Assembly (NCBI GenBank): GCA_043808545.1
Contig: JAZDEU010000058.1
Coordinates: 1 to 34,515, forward strand
From: a bacterium
Lineage (GTDB): Bacteria; Patescibacteriota; Patescibacteriia; JAZDEU01
Length of the DNA: 34,515 nt
Reading direction: 5' to 3'
A program made the position numbers and the translations under genes. The notes under the pieces were generated by a model. It did not search any database. It was not told the origin of the DNA and worked only from the letters and a program-made list of their open reading frames with translations. Shown here one piece after another: positions 32,725 through 34,515 of this stretch (its first letter is position 1; the number at the start of each line of letters is the position of its first letter).

Positions 32725-32755
32725 AGCGCCAGTTGCTTTAAAAGCAACTGGCGCT
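32725..32755 (-). terminator. 29-31-bp palindrome GCGCCAGTTGCTTT-A-AAAGCAACTGGCGC, 20 nt after the fibre-gene stop
   Basis: 14+1+14 perfect arms. Same core as 31313..31340. Confidence 0.55.
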
Positions 32756-32775
32756 GAACAAACATAATAAATATC

Positions 32776-34515
32776 TTATGTGCCAACATACCAAATTTTA
32801 ACCGTACCTATTAAATTATTAACATCCTCATCAGCAACCCATGCCGTAAAATTTATATATTCATTTGGCAAATTATGTCCTGATAAATGAGATATGTTAA
32901 TTTCATCTCCAGACAGTCTTCCATCCCATTCCATCACATATCCATCTCTATAACTAACTACATTTCCAAGATCATCTTTAATAGATGCTGACATTACACT
33001 ATTCTCATCTCCATAAATAGCTCCAAAATTAAATGATGCTGTAATAAGAACCTTACCTTGCGACCCGCACCGCACAACAAACAAATTATTAGCCAATGCA
33101 CTACCAGTACCTATTTTTACACCATTTGCTGTAGTTTGATATGTTCCATCTGAAAACTTTATACCATCAGTTTTTATATTACCGGATACTTCTAATTTAT
33201 CGCCTGGCGTTATCGTCCCGATGCCGACGTTGCCCCCATTATCGATATATAATCTTGGACCATTTCCGGCATTAAACTTTAATCCTCTCATTCCATCGCC
33301 CGAAGCCGTATCTCCAATTATAATATCGGTTCCATTTTGCGAAATGACAGGTCCGATTATTTGATTATCTATATAAAAACTCGCGGCTCTCAATGTTCCG
33401 TTTACATCAAGTTTAAATGAAGGCGCCGTTGTTCCGATGCCGACGCTACCGTTTAATATAGTCTTTGTTATTGAATCGTTCCCCAAGACAACGCTATTTG
33501 ACCCTTTGCCAATTGCTTGATATCCGATCACGATTTCATTAGTGCCGTTCTCTGTCATTGGGTTAGCACTCTGACCAAGAAAAACAGACTGATTAGAATT
33601 TACATTTGGTGCGCCTGTATCATTCCTATTGTTTCCAGCAAAATCTCCTATGGCAACATTGCTATCTCCTGTTGTGTTGGCGCCAAGAGCATTTCTGCCA
33701 ATAATAGTATTAAGAGATCCGACTGTATTACTTGCAAAAGCATATTCTCCGATTATGGTATTATTAAGTCCAATCCCCTTCCCTATTGTAAGACCGTTAA
33801 TCTTGGCATCACCTGCCACGTCTAACTTCGCGCCGGGCGTTATCGTCCCGATCCCCACGTTGCCGCTGTTGTCAATTCTTACTCTTTCCGCGTCATTGGT
33901 TTTAAATATCATATAATCGCCAGGGTGATAATATCCTATTCTTCCGACATCAACATCGCTTTCGTCGCCAAAATTAATAATATTCCATCCACTTGCGGCT
34001 TCCGCTTTCATATTTAGATAAGAATGATTTCCTAATCCAACCGCTTCAATTTTTAAAATAGCGCCTGTTGTTCCGTTTACCGTAAGTCCATTTGAAAATG
34101 TTTGCAATGCCGTCCACGTGTTTGCGTTGCCTAAATTTAAAGCTAAAGTATATGGACTCCCTGATGTTCCGACGCCGCCCGTTGTTAATGTTGCATTGCC
34201 GGTTGGCGTGCCGATAACTTCGTTCCCGATGATGCCGTCTGCCTCCGCTACATTCGCCGGCGCCTCCCAACTCGCCAGACCGCTCGCGTCAGATGTTAAT
34301 ACTTTGCCCGCTCCGAAATTTCCTCCTGTGATTTTTACTTGTCCCGCTATTTCTAATTTTGCGCCGGGCGTTGCCGTCCCGATTCCGATATTTGTTCCAT
34401 CATTATATAAAACACTGTTTCCAATCCATGCGCTTCCATTATGCCGCAAAGTCTGTCCGCTTGTCCCAGCAGGCAGTCCCGCCAAATCTTGCCAACTCGC
34501 CAGACCGCTCGCGTC
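32776..34515 (-). CDS. Large tail-fibre-like / surface repeat protein, N-terminus beyond the window end
   Basis: The frame stays open upstream of the track's TTG start to position 34515 (...DASGLASWQDLAGLPAGTSGQ...). Recurrent GNVGIGT(I/T)xPGxKL(E/D)V modules and a YadA-head-like stretch NTIIGEYAFASNTVGSLNTIIGRNALGANTTGDSNVAIGDFAG. Confidence 0.8.
   Translation of the reverse strand, partial: DASGLASWQDLAGLPAGTSGQTLRHNGSAWIGNSVLYNDGTNIGIGTATPGAKLEIAGQVKITGGNFGAGKVLTSDASGLASWEAPANVAEADGIIGNEVIGTPTGNATLTTGGVGTSGSPYTLALNLGNANTWTALQTFSNGLTVNGTTGAILKIEAVGLGNHSYLNMKAEAASGWNIINFGDESDVDVGRIGYYHPGDYMIFKTNDAERVRIDNSGNVGIGTITPGAKLDVAGDAKINGLTIGKGIGLNNTIIGEYAFASNTVGSLNTIIGRNALGANTTGDSNVAIGDFAGNNRNDTGAPNVNSNQSVFLGQSANPMTENGTNEIVIGYQAIGKGSNSVVLGNDSITKTILNGSVGIGTTAPSFKLDVNGTLRAASFYIDNQIIGPVISQNGTDIIIGDTASGDGMRGLKFNAGNGPRLYIDNGGNVGIGTITPGDKLEVSGNIKTDGIKFSDGTYQTTANGVKIGTGSALANNLFVVRCGSQGKVLITASFNFGAIYGDENSVMSASIKDDLGNVVSYRDGYVMEWDGRLSGDEINISHLSGHNLPNEYINFTAWVADEDVNNLIGTVKIWYVGT

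Noticed and set aside
32776-33150. Diversity-generating retroelement targeting the fibre-protein C-terminus
   Set aside because: No reverse transcriptase or Avd-like gene, and no template-repeat copy of the 3' end of the gene, is found in the window.
1-34515. tRNA, rRNA, tmRNA, RNase P, SRP RNA genes
   Set aside because: I scanned the spacers by eye for T-loop GGTTCGAATCC-type motifs, the RNase P GAGGAAAGTCC motif, the tmRNA 5' end and the SRP domain IV motif, and found none. A covariance-model scan would be needed to be certain.

Overview
AT-rich, gene-dense bacterial window. The gene set and style (compact housekeeping genes, weak Shine-Dalgarno use, core enzymes with many indels, large surface proteins) suggest a Patescibacteria/CPR-type genome; this is inference. 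Core genes: rpmE, prfA, murA, rplJ-rplL, rsmI, rarA, priA-def-fmt, tgt. Accessory content: (1) a Type I R-M fragment at the left edge, hsdM plus a half-size hsdS broken at an A10 tract; (2) a complete C-protein-controlled Type II R-M island between murA and a PEGA-like membrane protein, with an EcoRI/MunI-like endonuclease, an MT-A70 (DPPW) methyltransferase and a shared 17-nt motif at both promoters; (3) a large membrane protein plus B12-binding radical SAM pair followed by a structured-RNA candidate; (4) an orphan TraG/VirD4-like ATPase; (5) an AAA_14/DUF4143 ATPase bracketed by the same ~29-bp palindrome; (6) a partial tail-fibre-like repeat protein at the right edge. I recognised no rRNA, tRNA, CRISPR array, transposase or integrase, and no clear novel multi-gene system. 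The most unusual signal is a repeat phenomenon. Many intergenic spacers hold an 80-260-bp rod-like, layered inverted repeat built from a few recurring palindrome families: GTAG...CTAC 28-29-mers, CCTGCCTGCGCAGGCAGG, GTCATTCCGAC...GGAGGAATC, GGGACTGYCGCC and TTTTGA(C/G) heptads. Members of the same families sit in frame inside fmt, tgt, rsmI, a Wzy-like protein and a 750-aa membrane protein. Also notable: a PriA with all helicase motifs degenerate and a TGT-family enzyme lacking all four canonical Zn ligands. All calls come from reading the sequence by eye; no searches were run.
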